From positions 57,023 through 121,022 of IMG/VR virus record IMGVR_UViG_3300045988_166195: DNA of 64,000 bases. One strand, given 5' to 3'. A program made the translations under genes and the position numbers. The notes beneath the pieces were generated by a model that had not been told where the DNA came from, searched no databases, and worked only from the letters and a program-made list of their open reading frames with translations. How positions within the stretch are numbered: position 1 is the stretch's first letter; each line of letters opens with the position of its first letter. Below are positions 55,513-64,000 of this stretch, piece by piece. This DNA is from a virus.

Positions 55513-56025
55513 TCACGCTGCTGCGTGTGCGCGTGCCCACTTCGCCTGCTTCTTGGCGCGGTGCTTCGCAGGATTCCACCGTAGGGAGTGCCTGTCAGCG
55601 AGCTGCTCACGTTGAGCCTTCTGCTCCGCGAGGAACTCAGTTCGGGTGAGGCCATCGTGGTTCTGACGCTCTACCCAGAGCTTGAACTCCATAGAGTTCG
55701 TGTCCGGTAGCGCATAAACGAACTCGGCAGCGTACACGCGAGCCCTCTTCAGGAAGACGATGCGCTCGCGGATGAGCACACCGCGTCGATCGCGGATGCG
55801 GCGCTTTGTTTCGCGGTACTGCCAGTTGTCCAGCAGATCCTGCTTCGTCTCGCTGGGGAGACGGTTGTACACTACGTGACGCAGGATTGCACCAGGCGTG
55901 CCGTCGAAACCCTCGATACCTTCTCCAGGCTTCGGGGGATTCCATGACATACCAAGATCCTTGGGCAGATTCGGGATGACGATGTTCTGCTTGTTGTCGT
56001 AGATGAGTCCACGCTGAATGATCAT
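55513..56025 (-). CDS. Hypothetical 170-aa protein with basic C-terminus, adjacent to iteron region
   Basis: RBS gaaaggaggattgtcATG. Lys/Arg-rich tail (HRAKKQAKWARAHAAA). Function unknown (possible DNA-binding). Confidence 0.5.
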   Translation of the reverse strand: MIIQRGLIYDNKQNIVIPNLPKDLGMSWNPPKPGEGIEGFDGTPGAILRHVVYNRLPSETKQDLLDNWQYRETKRRIRDRRGVLIRERIVFLKRARVYAAEFVYALPDTNSMEFKLWVERQNHDGLTRTEFLAEQKAQREQLADRHSLRWNPAKHRAKKQAKWARAHAAA

Positions 56026-56177
56026 GACAATCCTCCTTTCTGTTTGAAGATATATTAAAAGATTGAAATGAATGATGAAACTTGTTTCTTCATTCCAATC
56101 CCCGGTTCGTACCGTGTACGAACCGGGAGGTGTGACGGGGGTACTCCACCCACCGTCACACCTCCCATGTGTCTACA

Positions 56178-56966
56178 TCACAGCTCACTCACTGAGGTAT
56201 CCGTTTTGCGTTTTGCTTGGATGCGCGGGATGTACATCCATAGACCCAGTGTGATGACAACGAGCAATGCAGCGGCTACAGCATCCAAGTTTCCGACGTG
56301 GACGCTTGGTAGCAACAATGCTGTTGTGTTGAACAGCATGTGCATGCTGATGCACGCAAGGAGATTGTGCGTTCTCTCGTACAGATACCCGAGGGCAATA
56401 CCCAGTGGGATTGTGAGGATGATCTGTACGATATTGCCGTGCAGCATGGCGAAGAGTAGTGCCGTGACCACGATCGTTGATGTCACCGATAGCTTTCGCC
56501 TGAGGATCGGGTAGATGAATCCTCGCATGAGGGCTTCTTCACCGATCGGTGCGATGATGAGACTCATGATGACAATGGCGATAGCCGGTGTCGTTTCACT
56601 GAGTTTCTGCATGGGTGATGGTTGATCCAACGATTGCTTGACCCACAGGGCGAGAACTGTTGAACCGAGAGTCATCACGATGGTGATAACGGGCACCATC
56701 ACGCATTCCACGGTCGGAATGTGCCGCTTCTTGATCGTTGGAGCTGCGCTGTTACGTCGTCTCCAGAAGATGACGCAGGTTGCTGCGAATGCGTTGGTGT
56801 AAGCGACGGTGAATACCGGTTTTCCAACGATCGTGTGGACGAGTGCCATGACTCCCGCGTATGCGAAGATGGACATAAAAGCCATGACCACGAGACCTGT
56901 TCGGCTCTCTCGGCTTTCTCGTGTACTATCCCACATCTCGTAGATGGCCTTCTTTAGTGTGATCAT
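56178..56966 (-). CDS. CPBP-family (CAAX/Abi) intramembrane glutamic endopeptidase
   Basis: Multi-TM. APIGEEALMRGFIYPIL (EExxxR) and LLFAMLHGN (FxxxH) motifs. RBS gaaagggtgtaATG. Confidence 0.65.
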   Translation of the reverse strand: MITLKKAIYEMWDSTRESRESRTGLVVMAFMSIFAYAGVMALVHTIVGKPVFTVAYTNAFAATCVIFWRRRNSAAPTIKKRHIPTVECVMVPVITIVMTLGSTVLALWVKQSLDQPSPMQKLSETTPAIAIVIMSLIIAPIGEEALMRGFIYPILRRKLSVTSTIVVTALLFAMLHGNIVQIILTIPLGIALGYLYERTHNLLACISMHMLFNTTALLLPSVHVGNLDAVAAALLVVITLGLWMYIPRIQAKRKTDTSVSEL

Positions 56967-58864
56967 TACACCCTTTCTTGTTCGTCTTGATGTTCTGGTT
57001 GCTCTACCTCATGGTCGACGATTCCTTGCAGGGTGGTACGGCCTGCGAAGGTGTTGAGTCCCAACGCCACTCTGAGACGGCATATCATGTCTGCCCCGTC
57101 GACGCTGTTTTTCCGTTCAGTGAGATGGGGTGCGAGATCCGATCGGTTCCACCACAGCAGCGCAACACCTTCAGGCGTGATGAGCTTGAGGTGCTGCTTG
57201 TGGTCACCCATCGTGTGGATCGAGCACACGGACAGGTTGATGACCACATCAACAGGTGGGGCTGGGAACCCGTGCCCGAAGGGAGCGAGTTCCTTTACCT
57301 TGTCCATGTATTGCGTGATCGCACGAATCTCGTCAAGCGGCGCATCTGCATCAGGGGCTGTTCCCAGCACGAGAGCTGCTGGATCGGAATGGGTGAGGAC
57401 ACCTGTCTGTGCGATGACAGCATCACGCCGTTGTGGCACAAGGGTGGCCAGTGCGTCATAGAGTTGCTGGGGTGAGCGTGCGCGTACACCACAGGCGAAC
57501 TCGTGACCCTGCGCACCGATGGTCGGATCTTGCAACGATGTGAGCTGTTCGATGACAGGGAACCATGTGGGGGACCGCATGGAACCTGAGCACGATCCGT
57601 CCGGGTGGATGCGAACGACTGCAACGGGGTGTTCGTGCATGAGCATGAGGTTCTGAGCAATGAGGCCCAGCATGCCTGGTAGCGCATCTGTGGGGAATAC
57701 GTATGGTGCCCATGGCTGATCCGTATCCATGATGGAATCGAGGATTTCACGGACCTGGTTCTTTCTCTGTACGTTGTACTCAACGAGACGTTGCGCTGCC
57801 TCTTGTTGCTCATCAAGGGTGTCTGCCGTGAAGACTGCGAAGCCGGTCCTGTAGTCTCCGTCAACACGCCTTGTGGCGTTGAATGCCGGAGCGATCGAGA
57901 ATCCGTAGAGCTGCTCGTCGACGCGTTCATGGGTTGTGCCTAGCTCCTGTAGGAGCAGGTTCATGCCTTCGAATGCGCGCATGTACACCGGGTGGTGGTT
58001 CTGCGCGCGTAGCATGGCCAACAACGTGGGGGTCCGGTCGATGTCGATCTCAATGTCATCGAGTTCGTCAGGCTCTTCGTACTTAGACTTCACCTTCTTG
58101 TACGTGGGTCCAGGCTCGGGTGTGGCAATGAGCAGCCTGGTGAACATGAGCGCCTCGCGCACGAGGTCTCGGTTTTCGTACACAAGACTCATCACGTCAG
58201 CTACTGTTCCGATGCCTGCAAAGACTTTGAGCCACGTGATGGCAGAGAGCTTGTCGGGGTGGTAGAGCGATGCATATCGTTCCACCACTTGGTATGCCAC
58301 GTGCGCCCCACAGATTTCTCGGTTGGGGTATGCCTCGTCGATCCTGTTCGGGTTGACGAGGATATGCGCGAGAGACTTGCTCTCTTCCACGTGGTGATCG
58401 GTCACAAGGGTGATGAGACCGATGTTGTCTGCGTAGGCGAGAGCATCCCGGCTGTTGGTTCCAGCATCACAGGTGATGACAGCCTCCGTGTTGGGGAACT
58501 GCTGCTTGACTGTGTGGATGACCGATGGCTGGATCTCGTGTCCGAGGTGGTAGTCGGGGACATGAAGATTGGTGGTGAGGCCAATCTCGTTGAGTCCCGC
58601 GTAGAGAATCATGCCCGCGCAGATACCGTCTGTATCGAAGTCTGGTACGACGGTGATCTCTTTATCGGTCGATCGCATGATTTCCAGCGCCATCACCATC
58701 TGATCGATGTCCTTGAGCAAGGGATGCTGGGCATCGTTGATCTTCTTCAGGTACTGATCGGTCCACCCCATCCGTTCCCGGACACGGTTGAACAGTTCTA
58801 GGCCACTGACCTCGAACATGGATTCATCGATGTCGAGCGGGGGTGAAGTTGGTTGTGAAGCCAT
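56966..58864 (-). CDS. RecJ-like DHH/DHHA1-family phosphoesterase (ssDNA exonuclease-like)
   Basis: VVPDFDTDGICAGMIL (motif I DxD), CDAGT, LVTDHHVEE (DHH). 632 aa. RBS gaaaggagttactaccacATG. Confidence 0.65.
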   Translation of the reverse strand: MASQPTSPPLDIDESMFEVSGLELFNRVRERMGWTDQYLKKINDAQHPLLKDIDQMVMALEIMRSTDKEITVVPDFDTDGICAGMILYAGLNEIGLTTNLHVPDYHLGHEIQPSVIHTVKQQFPNTEAVITCDAGTNSRDALAYADNIGLITLVTDHHVEESKSLAHILVNPNRIDEAYPNREICGAHVAYQVVERYASLYHPDKLSAITWLKVFAGIGTVADVMSLVYENRDLVREALMFTRLLIATPEPGPTYKKVKSKYEEPDELDDIEIDIDRTPTLLAMLRAQNHHPVYMRAFEGMNLLLQELGTTHERVDEQLYGFSIAPAFNATRRVDGDYRTGFAVFTADTLDEQQEAAQRLVEYNVQRKNQVREILDSIMDTDQPWAPYVFPTDALPGMLGLIAQNLMLMHEHPVAVVRIHPDGSCSGSMRSPTWFPVIEQLTSLQDPTIGAQGHEFACGVRARSPQQLYDALATLVPQRRDAVIAQTGVLTHSDPAALVLGTAPDADAPLDEIRAITQYMDKVKELAPFGHGFPAPPVDVVINLSVCSIHTMGDHKQHLKLITPEGVALLWWNRSDLAPHLTERKNSVDGADMICRLRVALGLNTFAGRTTLQGIVDHEVEQPEHQDEQERV

Positions 58865-58903
58865 GTGGTAGTAACTCCTTTCATCGGGTTTATTACCGCG
58901 TTT

Positions 58904-59404
58904 TTAATAATGGGTAGTCCACGGGTGGCTCATTACCAGCCACATGAAGGCATCAAGGGCAACGTTGACTAATATCCATCCGATTGCGTAGTTGATAGCA
59001 GCTCGGTCGTTTGGATCAATGAGTGCGTTACTTCCTTGTACATCGGTGTCGTGTGACTTGTTCCTTACTTGGAAAAATGACCATGTGAGGTATAGCGATA
59101 GGATCCCCATTAGTGCGCACATCGTAATGAAGAAGACATGTGGGAAATTGATACCTATCCAGGTCGTGCCAATGAGTAGAAGTGGGATGGCTATCGCTGT
59201 TGCAACAACGTTTACTACGATTGCGATTCTTGAGGCGATGGCGTGAGTCCAATATGCAACATCTTTGGAGTGTGGCTCATTTTCTTGTTCTCCATTTAGG
59301 CGCTCGGTGACGATCTTTTTGGAAATGATTGCGATGAGATTTATGGCTATTGGTATAGCAACGACTGTTACTGTTAGCCATAGCGGTGGGTTCCATGGGA
59401 GCAT
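58904..59404 (-). CDS. Hypothetical polytopic membrane protein
   Basis: 4-5 hydrophobic helices. Confidence 0.45.
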   Translation of the reverse strand: MLPWNPPLWLTVTVVAIPIAINLIAIISKKIVTERLNGEQENEPHSKDVAYWTHAIASRIAIVVNVVATAIAIPLLLIGTTWIGINFPHVFFITMCALMGILSLYLTWSFFQVRNKSHDTDVQGSNALIDPNDRAAINYAIGWILVNVALDAFMWLVMSHPWTTHY

Positions 59405-59504
59405 GGGTTGATCTCTTTTCTATGCTTTTGTGTTGGGGTGTTGAGATGATGAAGCCCCGTAGCGGGTTAAGAACCACGCTACGGGGCTTTTTGCGATCGT
59501 CAGA

Positions 59505-60638
59505 TCAGCAGACGGTGCGTCCTTCGATGATGACGCAGCCGGGACGATCTGCCTGTCCGGGACCGAAGTCAATGCGACCGTCACCCGAGCCAGAGTTGTT
59601 GGCCGGGGGTGCCGGTGCAGGGGCAGGAGCCGGAGGCGTGTAGGAGGATCCACCGGAGTAGCTCGGGCTGTTCGAGCCGCTGTTGCTGCTGCCTCCATTG
59701 CCGTTGTAACCGTACGAGGGGGCGGGGGCGTTGCTGTTGTTGCTGCCCTGTTCAGGTGCGCTGGTTTCCGGCGTGGTGGAAGCGGGGGCATTGCCAGCCT
59801 TCGCTGCCTGGTAGGTGGTGATAGCCTTCTGGAGCGGTGCCACGGAAGCCGTCACCTCAGAAGCCTTCTGCTCAATGGTCTTCGCCTTCTCGATGGAGGC
59901 CACAGCCTCATCGTAGGTGGTGACCGTGATCGTGGTGGATAGGGTGTGAGACTCGGTCTCCACGGCCTTGAGAGCATCGTATGCAGCCTTCACGGACGCG
60001 TCAGACTCCATGTTGGGGTCGGCCTCAACAGCAGCAATTTGCTCCGCCGCGCTCTGCTGAGCGCTTGCGAGGTTGGACTTTGCAGTGTCCATCAGCTCGT
60101 TGGCCTCATCGGTGGCCTTGGTCAGACGGTACGCATCGCGCACGCTGACGAACGACTGGGTCTGATCCTTGATGGCCTTGATGGCAGCATCAACAGAGGT
60201 GGTGTCGGGTTCGCCCGAGCACTTGCTCTTCTTGCTGTCGGTAGCATCAGCATTCACCTTGGCGTCCTCAGCCTCCTTGGCGCTCTTGGCAGCGCTGATG
60301 GCCTTGCTCAGGTCGTTGATGGCGCTCTGCCCCTCAGAGGACAACGGGAAGCCGTCCGTGTGTGCGAGGCGAGTACCCTCGCCGGGCTTCAGGGACGCGT
60401 CGACAGTCTTCAGTGCGTCCTTAGCGTCCTGGATCGCCTGATCCAGCTCAGCGGTCTTGTCGGTGAGGATCTGTTGGTAGGACGTGCAGTCCTTCGCGTT
60501 GTGGGACTGCGAGCCGAAGACTGCGATACCGATGCCTGCGATAGCGAGGATCACGGCAACAGACGCAGCGATCGCGGCGATGATCTTGTTGCGCTTCGAC
60601 CACGTGCGCGGGTCGAGGTTGTTCTTGGCGGTAGACAT
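59505..60638 (-). CDS. Membrane-anchored coiled-coil protein with Gly/Ser/Pro/Asn-rich C-terminal tail
   Basis: Start ATG 60638 (MSTAKNN) with aggagaaatcaaacATG. TM IIAAIAASVAVILAIAGIGIAVF. Ala/Lys/Asp-rich helical middle. Low-complexity C-terminus (PAPAPAPPANNSGSG). Confidence 0.5.
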   Translation of the reverse strand: MSTAKNNLDPRTWSKRNKIIAAIAASVAVILAIAGIGIAVFGSQSHNAKDCTSYQQILTDKTAELDQAIQDAKDALKTVDASLKPGEGTRLAHTDGFPLSSEGQSAINDLSKAISAAKSAKEAEDAKVNADATDSKKSKCSGEPDTTSVDAAIKAIKDQTQSFVSVRDAYRLTKATDEANELMDTAKSNLASAQQSAAEQIAAVEADPNMESDASVKAAYDALKAVETESHTLSTTITVTTYDEAVASIEKAKTIEQKASEVTASVAPLQKAITTYQAAKAGNAPASTTPETSAPEQGSNNSNAPAPSYGYNGNGGSSNSGSNSPSYSGGSSYTPPAPAPAPAPPANNSGSGDGRIDFGPGQADRPGCVIIEGRTVC

Positions 60639-60731
60639 GTTTGATTTCTCCTTGATGGTGGTGATTGATATGTGGTTCGGGTGTGGGGCGATTACCTTGG
60701 CCACATGGTCACCATCATCAAGGGATTTTGA

Positions 60732-61343
60732 TTAGGCGTCCGTGTTGGCCTCGGGATCTTGGTCTGCGAGGTGGACGTAGGTGGGCATCGCCACGACACG
60801 GATGTATGTGTCGGGGTCGATGTTGGATGGGGTCATTCGATACTCCGGTGGGAGCATCAGTGTGATGAACGTGTCGTGAACACGCTGACCATTATCGTCG
60901 GAGCGCAGAATCTCGTCTTGCACGCGAACGAGGATGTTGTTCTCGTCGGGCGGTAGGGAGATTTCGCCGTTTTCTGGGTTCATTGCCAGGTTCTCGGCAG
61001 CTGGGACGACGATCGTTGTCATGATGTCCTCGTTTTTAAGGACGCCCAGAATGCCTTCATCGTCAACGAGGCGGGCGTTATGCCCGTTCTTCTTGAGCCA
61101 ACCATTGAGGTAGGCATTGTTCGTGACGACATTGACCTCGACATGGGGGATGTCGATGAGGGTACTGATGTCGTCATCATTGTTGATCGACTGCGGGGTG
61201 TCGTTGGCGACGTGTGGGAGAAGCGCAAGATTCATTCGCGCGATGGTTTCTGCCACAGTCTCGCCAATCTGGAACACCTTCGTGGTGGGCTCGGTCGCAA
61301 CAGTGATAGTAATCGTGTTGCTTGGGTTGTCCGTGTTGCTCAT
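60732..61343 (-). CDS. Hypothetical 203-aa acidic protein
   Basis: RBS aggagccatctatatATG. Confidence 0.45.
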   Translation of the reverse strand: MSNTDNPSNTITITVATEPTTKVFQIGETVAETIARMNLALLPHVANDTPQSINNDDDISTLIDIPHVEVNVVTNNAYLNGWLKKNGHNARLVDDEGILGVLKNEDIMTTIVVPAAENLAMNPENGEISLPPDENNILVRVQDEILRSDDNGQRVHDTFITLMLPPEYRMTPSNIDPDTYIRVVAMPTYVHLADQDPEANTDA

Positions 61344-64000
61344 ATATAGATGGCTCCTGTCTGTCGTTTTTCATGGTTCTTATCTGGCCATGTATTGGCC
61401 ACGATAAGACTCTTCTCAACTGCTCGGCTCGCCAGCGGCGAGCTGATCTGTTGGAACGAAATGATTGCAGGAATCATTTTTGAAATGATTTCCATCTTTC
61501 GATGAAAAGCCCGGTGCCACCTGTGGTGGCACTCGATGTATCGGAGCATGTGGAACAGACAGCCCGAGGCAGGGGTGGGTTGTTCCACATGCAATTCAGT
61601 GATCTTTCATGATCCGAATGGTTATGCGTTTCGTGCTGAGACTTGTGAGAGTCTCAGTGGAGCGTGTTCGCGTCATGTCGGATGGGAGCCTTGTTGATTA
61701 CTGCATATCATTGTTTGTATGGGGTTGTTGTCACCCACTGTGCACTTCGTATTAGTTGCTCAGTGAGTGTGCATATCTGTTTATGGAACAGATGTTAATA
61801 ACCCCATGAATAGCGTTGATATGCGGGGTGTATCCACCCCTGTATCACCAGTCACTGTATTTCCTGTGATGGAACCTGTGGTGACTGTAGTGGCACTCGG
61901 TACAGCCTGTGGATGTGCCGTTACCGAATCCTGTTGCTTTCCATTATGTACAACTCTTACGTTTTTGGAGGTTTTGCGCGAAGCATCAAAAACGTAAGAG
62001 TTGATTGACGAGCAACAGGTGTTTCTCAGGGTCTGAGTGATGAGACCGTGAATCGTATATGTTGATGAGGCAGGTGTGATTTTATTTTGTGTCTCCCTCA
62101 GCGACATATACGACCAAGGTGGTTTACAGTCATCGACTTGTGAATTGTAGATCAGGGTCGATGATTTGTTTCCCATCGCCTTGGGACACGGGACTCATCG
62201 CGAAGACCCGATGGCACAGATGCATGAATAATGCGTCTGTGCCGTGTTTCAAGCGTCTGGAACAGACGCGCAGAGGGCACCCGAGACAGCCCCAGTGGGG
62301 CTGTGGAGGGCAAGCCTGTGAAGCGACAGCGTAACAGGCGCAGTAAGAGCCCCAAGGAGCAACGCGACGCAGGGGTGAGGTGACACCCGCAGCGTAGCGA
62401 GGACGGTCACCGAAGGGCTGTCGGCTATGCCGACCGAAGGAGTACGCGTAGCGTACGACTGAGCCAGCCCCTCTTATGCCCTTTTTTACCTGATCCACCG
62501 CCAGCGACCATTAGGGAGCGTAAGGTGGGCAAAGTGGCGCAACGAAGGGGAAAACAGGCGATACCACCCCCGGTGGGACCACGGGTCGTTGAGGCGGTAC
62601 CGCCTCCGAGACGTGGTACCACGTGTGCCTGTTTTCCCTGTTAAGACGGGGTTTAGGTGAGACCATGGTCCGAGCTTGCTTGGCACCGTGGTCTCACCAT
62701 GCGGCACAGCCGCTGTAACAGAGTGACGAACCGAGCGAGCGCAGGTTTGGCACACTGTTGTGACCCCCGCCTTGCCGGGTCGTGAAACGGCCCGTCAGCG
62801 CCGTTAAGGAGCACAGTGTAGCTGGGCTCCGTTGACACTCTGTAAGGCCCTGAGACAGGCTGTTCTGGCCCGTTATCGGGACAAGACAGACTGGTTCAGG
62901 GCCGTTTGTTTCTGTGCTCTTCAGACATTGAGACAGCAGCTGTTGCAGCAGCTGCTGGGGAGTACACCAGATGGCGTGGCATCTGGTGTCTGAGAACGCT
63001 GTTTCAATACCTGTTGGAAGAGCGCAGAAACATGTTGGCGAAGCCCCCATTAACAGTCCACCGGATAACGCGCAGCATCCTGCCTCACGTGCAATGAAGC
63101 ATGTGAGGCAGGATGTTTTAGAGCGCTTATATTGAGTTATCCGGTGGCATATTCTAGCCACATGCAACAGGGCTATAACAGCCTTTTTATAGAGCCCTGT
63201 TACATGTGTGAATACCATGTTGTTACGCAGTTGTTGTATGGCTGTTTATTCCCCATCTGAGACTATCTCTTTTTTGAGTGTGTCTCAGATGGGGGTACAA
63301 CAGATAAAACAGAACGTGAATCACCACATGTGACAGCCTGTTTATAAACAGCTGCGTAGCAGCGTTGTAGATGTGGTGTGCGGCAGCGTTGTATCTGCTG
63401 TTTCGCCTAGAGGCTGAGAACCCATTTATCTGTGCCTCGTATCAATGCCCTGAGACAGCCTAGTAACAGCCTAGTGACATGCGTCCGTATCACGGTTGTT
63501 GCCATCGATCGATACAGCCTAAATAAACGTCGTGATGCATGGTTATGAGGCCCTTGCTGTTCCTTTAGACCCGGTTGATGACTGCGTGAATGCAGAGCTG
63601 CAACCGGGGCTGTGGTGCAGCATGGCTGCGTATCTGGTTGCGTCGATGCGTCTGTAGCAGGCGCAATGGTGACCGGATAATGGCCAATGAAAGACCAATA
63701 AGTGGTCAATGGTGACCAGTTTGGAGCCAGTTAAGCACCAGAGACAGTAGCAGGTCTTTATCTGGTCCAATGATGGCCATATAAAGGCGCTTTGTTGGCC
63801 GTACTATGGCCAGTGGTACCCCATGGTCGTTATCGGGTTCTTTGTTGGCCTTATAACGGTCCATTATTAGACCATGTAAGAGCCAGGTGACAGCCTGGAT
63901 CAATGATGGGCCAATAATGGCGCTTTGTTGGGCTTATGTATGGCGCAATGGTGGCCACAGTATGGCGTTTTCCGGGTCAGGAAAAGCCTGGTAGATGATG
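61344..64000. repeat. 2.6-kb non-coding, repeat- and palindrome-dense region (candidate oriT / partition site / structured RNA locus)
   Basis: See findings. ACAGCCT(A/G) x7. CAATG(G/A)TG(G/A)CC x5 in 63660-63960. TTTGTTGGCC x3. Nested hairpin 63061-63146. 15-bp IR actcttacgtttttg/caaaaacgtaagagt at 61955-62003. 14-bp palindrome ctgtttataaacag at 63349-63362. No convincing ORF. Confidence 0.6.

Noticed and set aside
62694-63218. 174-aa Cys/Leu/Gln-rich ORF (minus strand) inside the terminal repeat region.
   Set aside because: No RBS. Composition is driven by the repeats themselves (CAG/CTG-rich). Overlaps multiple palindromes. Considered non-coding.
63660-63960. Possible CRISPR array or tRNA cluster at the window end.
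   Set aside because: The 11-mer repeats are irregularly spaced (20-90 nt), and no cas genes or leader are present. No tRNA-like T-loop (GTTCRAATC) or acceptor pairing was found anywhere in the window.

Overview
This window is 64 kb of high-GC (roughly 55-58%) DNA. The coding density, the SD-like motif GAAAGGAGG and the codon bias suggest a Gram-positive, Actinobacteria-like host. Almost everything in it looks like a large self-transmissible or self-replicating mobile element (a conjugative megaplasmid or ICE-like element, possibly a phage-plasmid) rather than core chromosome. I saw no rRNA, tRNA, CRISPR or recognisable phage structural genes.

Headline content, as read directly from the translations:

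1. Conjugation-like module (plus strand). It encodes a MOBP-type relaxase carrying a duplicated Tyr motif RYMAR(K/E)xATE and a His triad DTLHVHCHLAMV. It also encodes a 1,350-aa VirD4/TraG-like coupling ATPase (GKGQT ... DPKGE ... DELGN) and a ClpA/B-family double-AAA+ unfoldase. Both P-loops of the unfoldase are interrupted by Ala1 'WCT' class-3-like inteins, and the second intein carries LAGLIDADG motifs.

2. A 1,816-aa single-chain RNA polymerase of the multisubunit type. It has a beta-like motif GDKxxxMHGNKGVIS and a beta-prime-like motif FDGDFDGD in one polypeptide. It is followed by three tandem paralogous repeat-proteins and two further proteins.

3. At least seven plus-strand proteins end in a shared acidic-aromatic C-terminal tail: ...VDDGFEL, ...DEPEF, ...DDPEF, ...NDGFEPSL. 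The tail resembles SSB / T7 gp2.5 docking tails or a secretion/translocation tag.

4. The paralogs are each preceded by a terminator and a conserved ~30-nt motif (TTGCAAT-R-GTGCGATATACTGGTATACGAG). Fragments of this motif (CAATGRTG, GTATACGAG) recur in hairpin loops elsewhere in the window.

5. A minus-strand cluster (28.6-38.4 kb) looks like a candidate conflict/defence island. It holds a MoxR-like AAA+ ATPase, a vWA (MIDAS) protein, a second ClpA/B-like ATPase, two small proteins, a UvrD-like helicase with a ~420-aa novel N-terminal extension, and a solitary MazF/PemK-like toxin behind C8/C9 homopolymer tracts.

6. A replication module (40.4-58.9 kb) carries PrimPol (AEP), a family-B DNA polymerase with a DIE exonuclease motif, a D5/P4-type primase-helicase, RecJ-like DHH, VRR-NUC, NrdH-like redoxin, an SNF2 helicase and RarA. 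An iteron-rich origin-like region ((G)TAGCAG(A/T) x >12) lies at 54.6-55.1 kb.

7. The last 2.6 kb (61.4-64.0 kb) is non-coding and packed with repeats, palindromes and a nested 13-bp hairpin. It is a candidate oriT, partition site or structured RNA.
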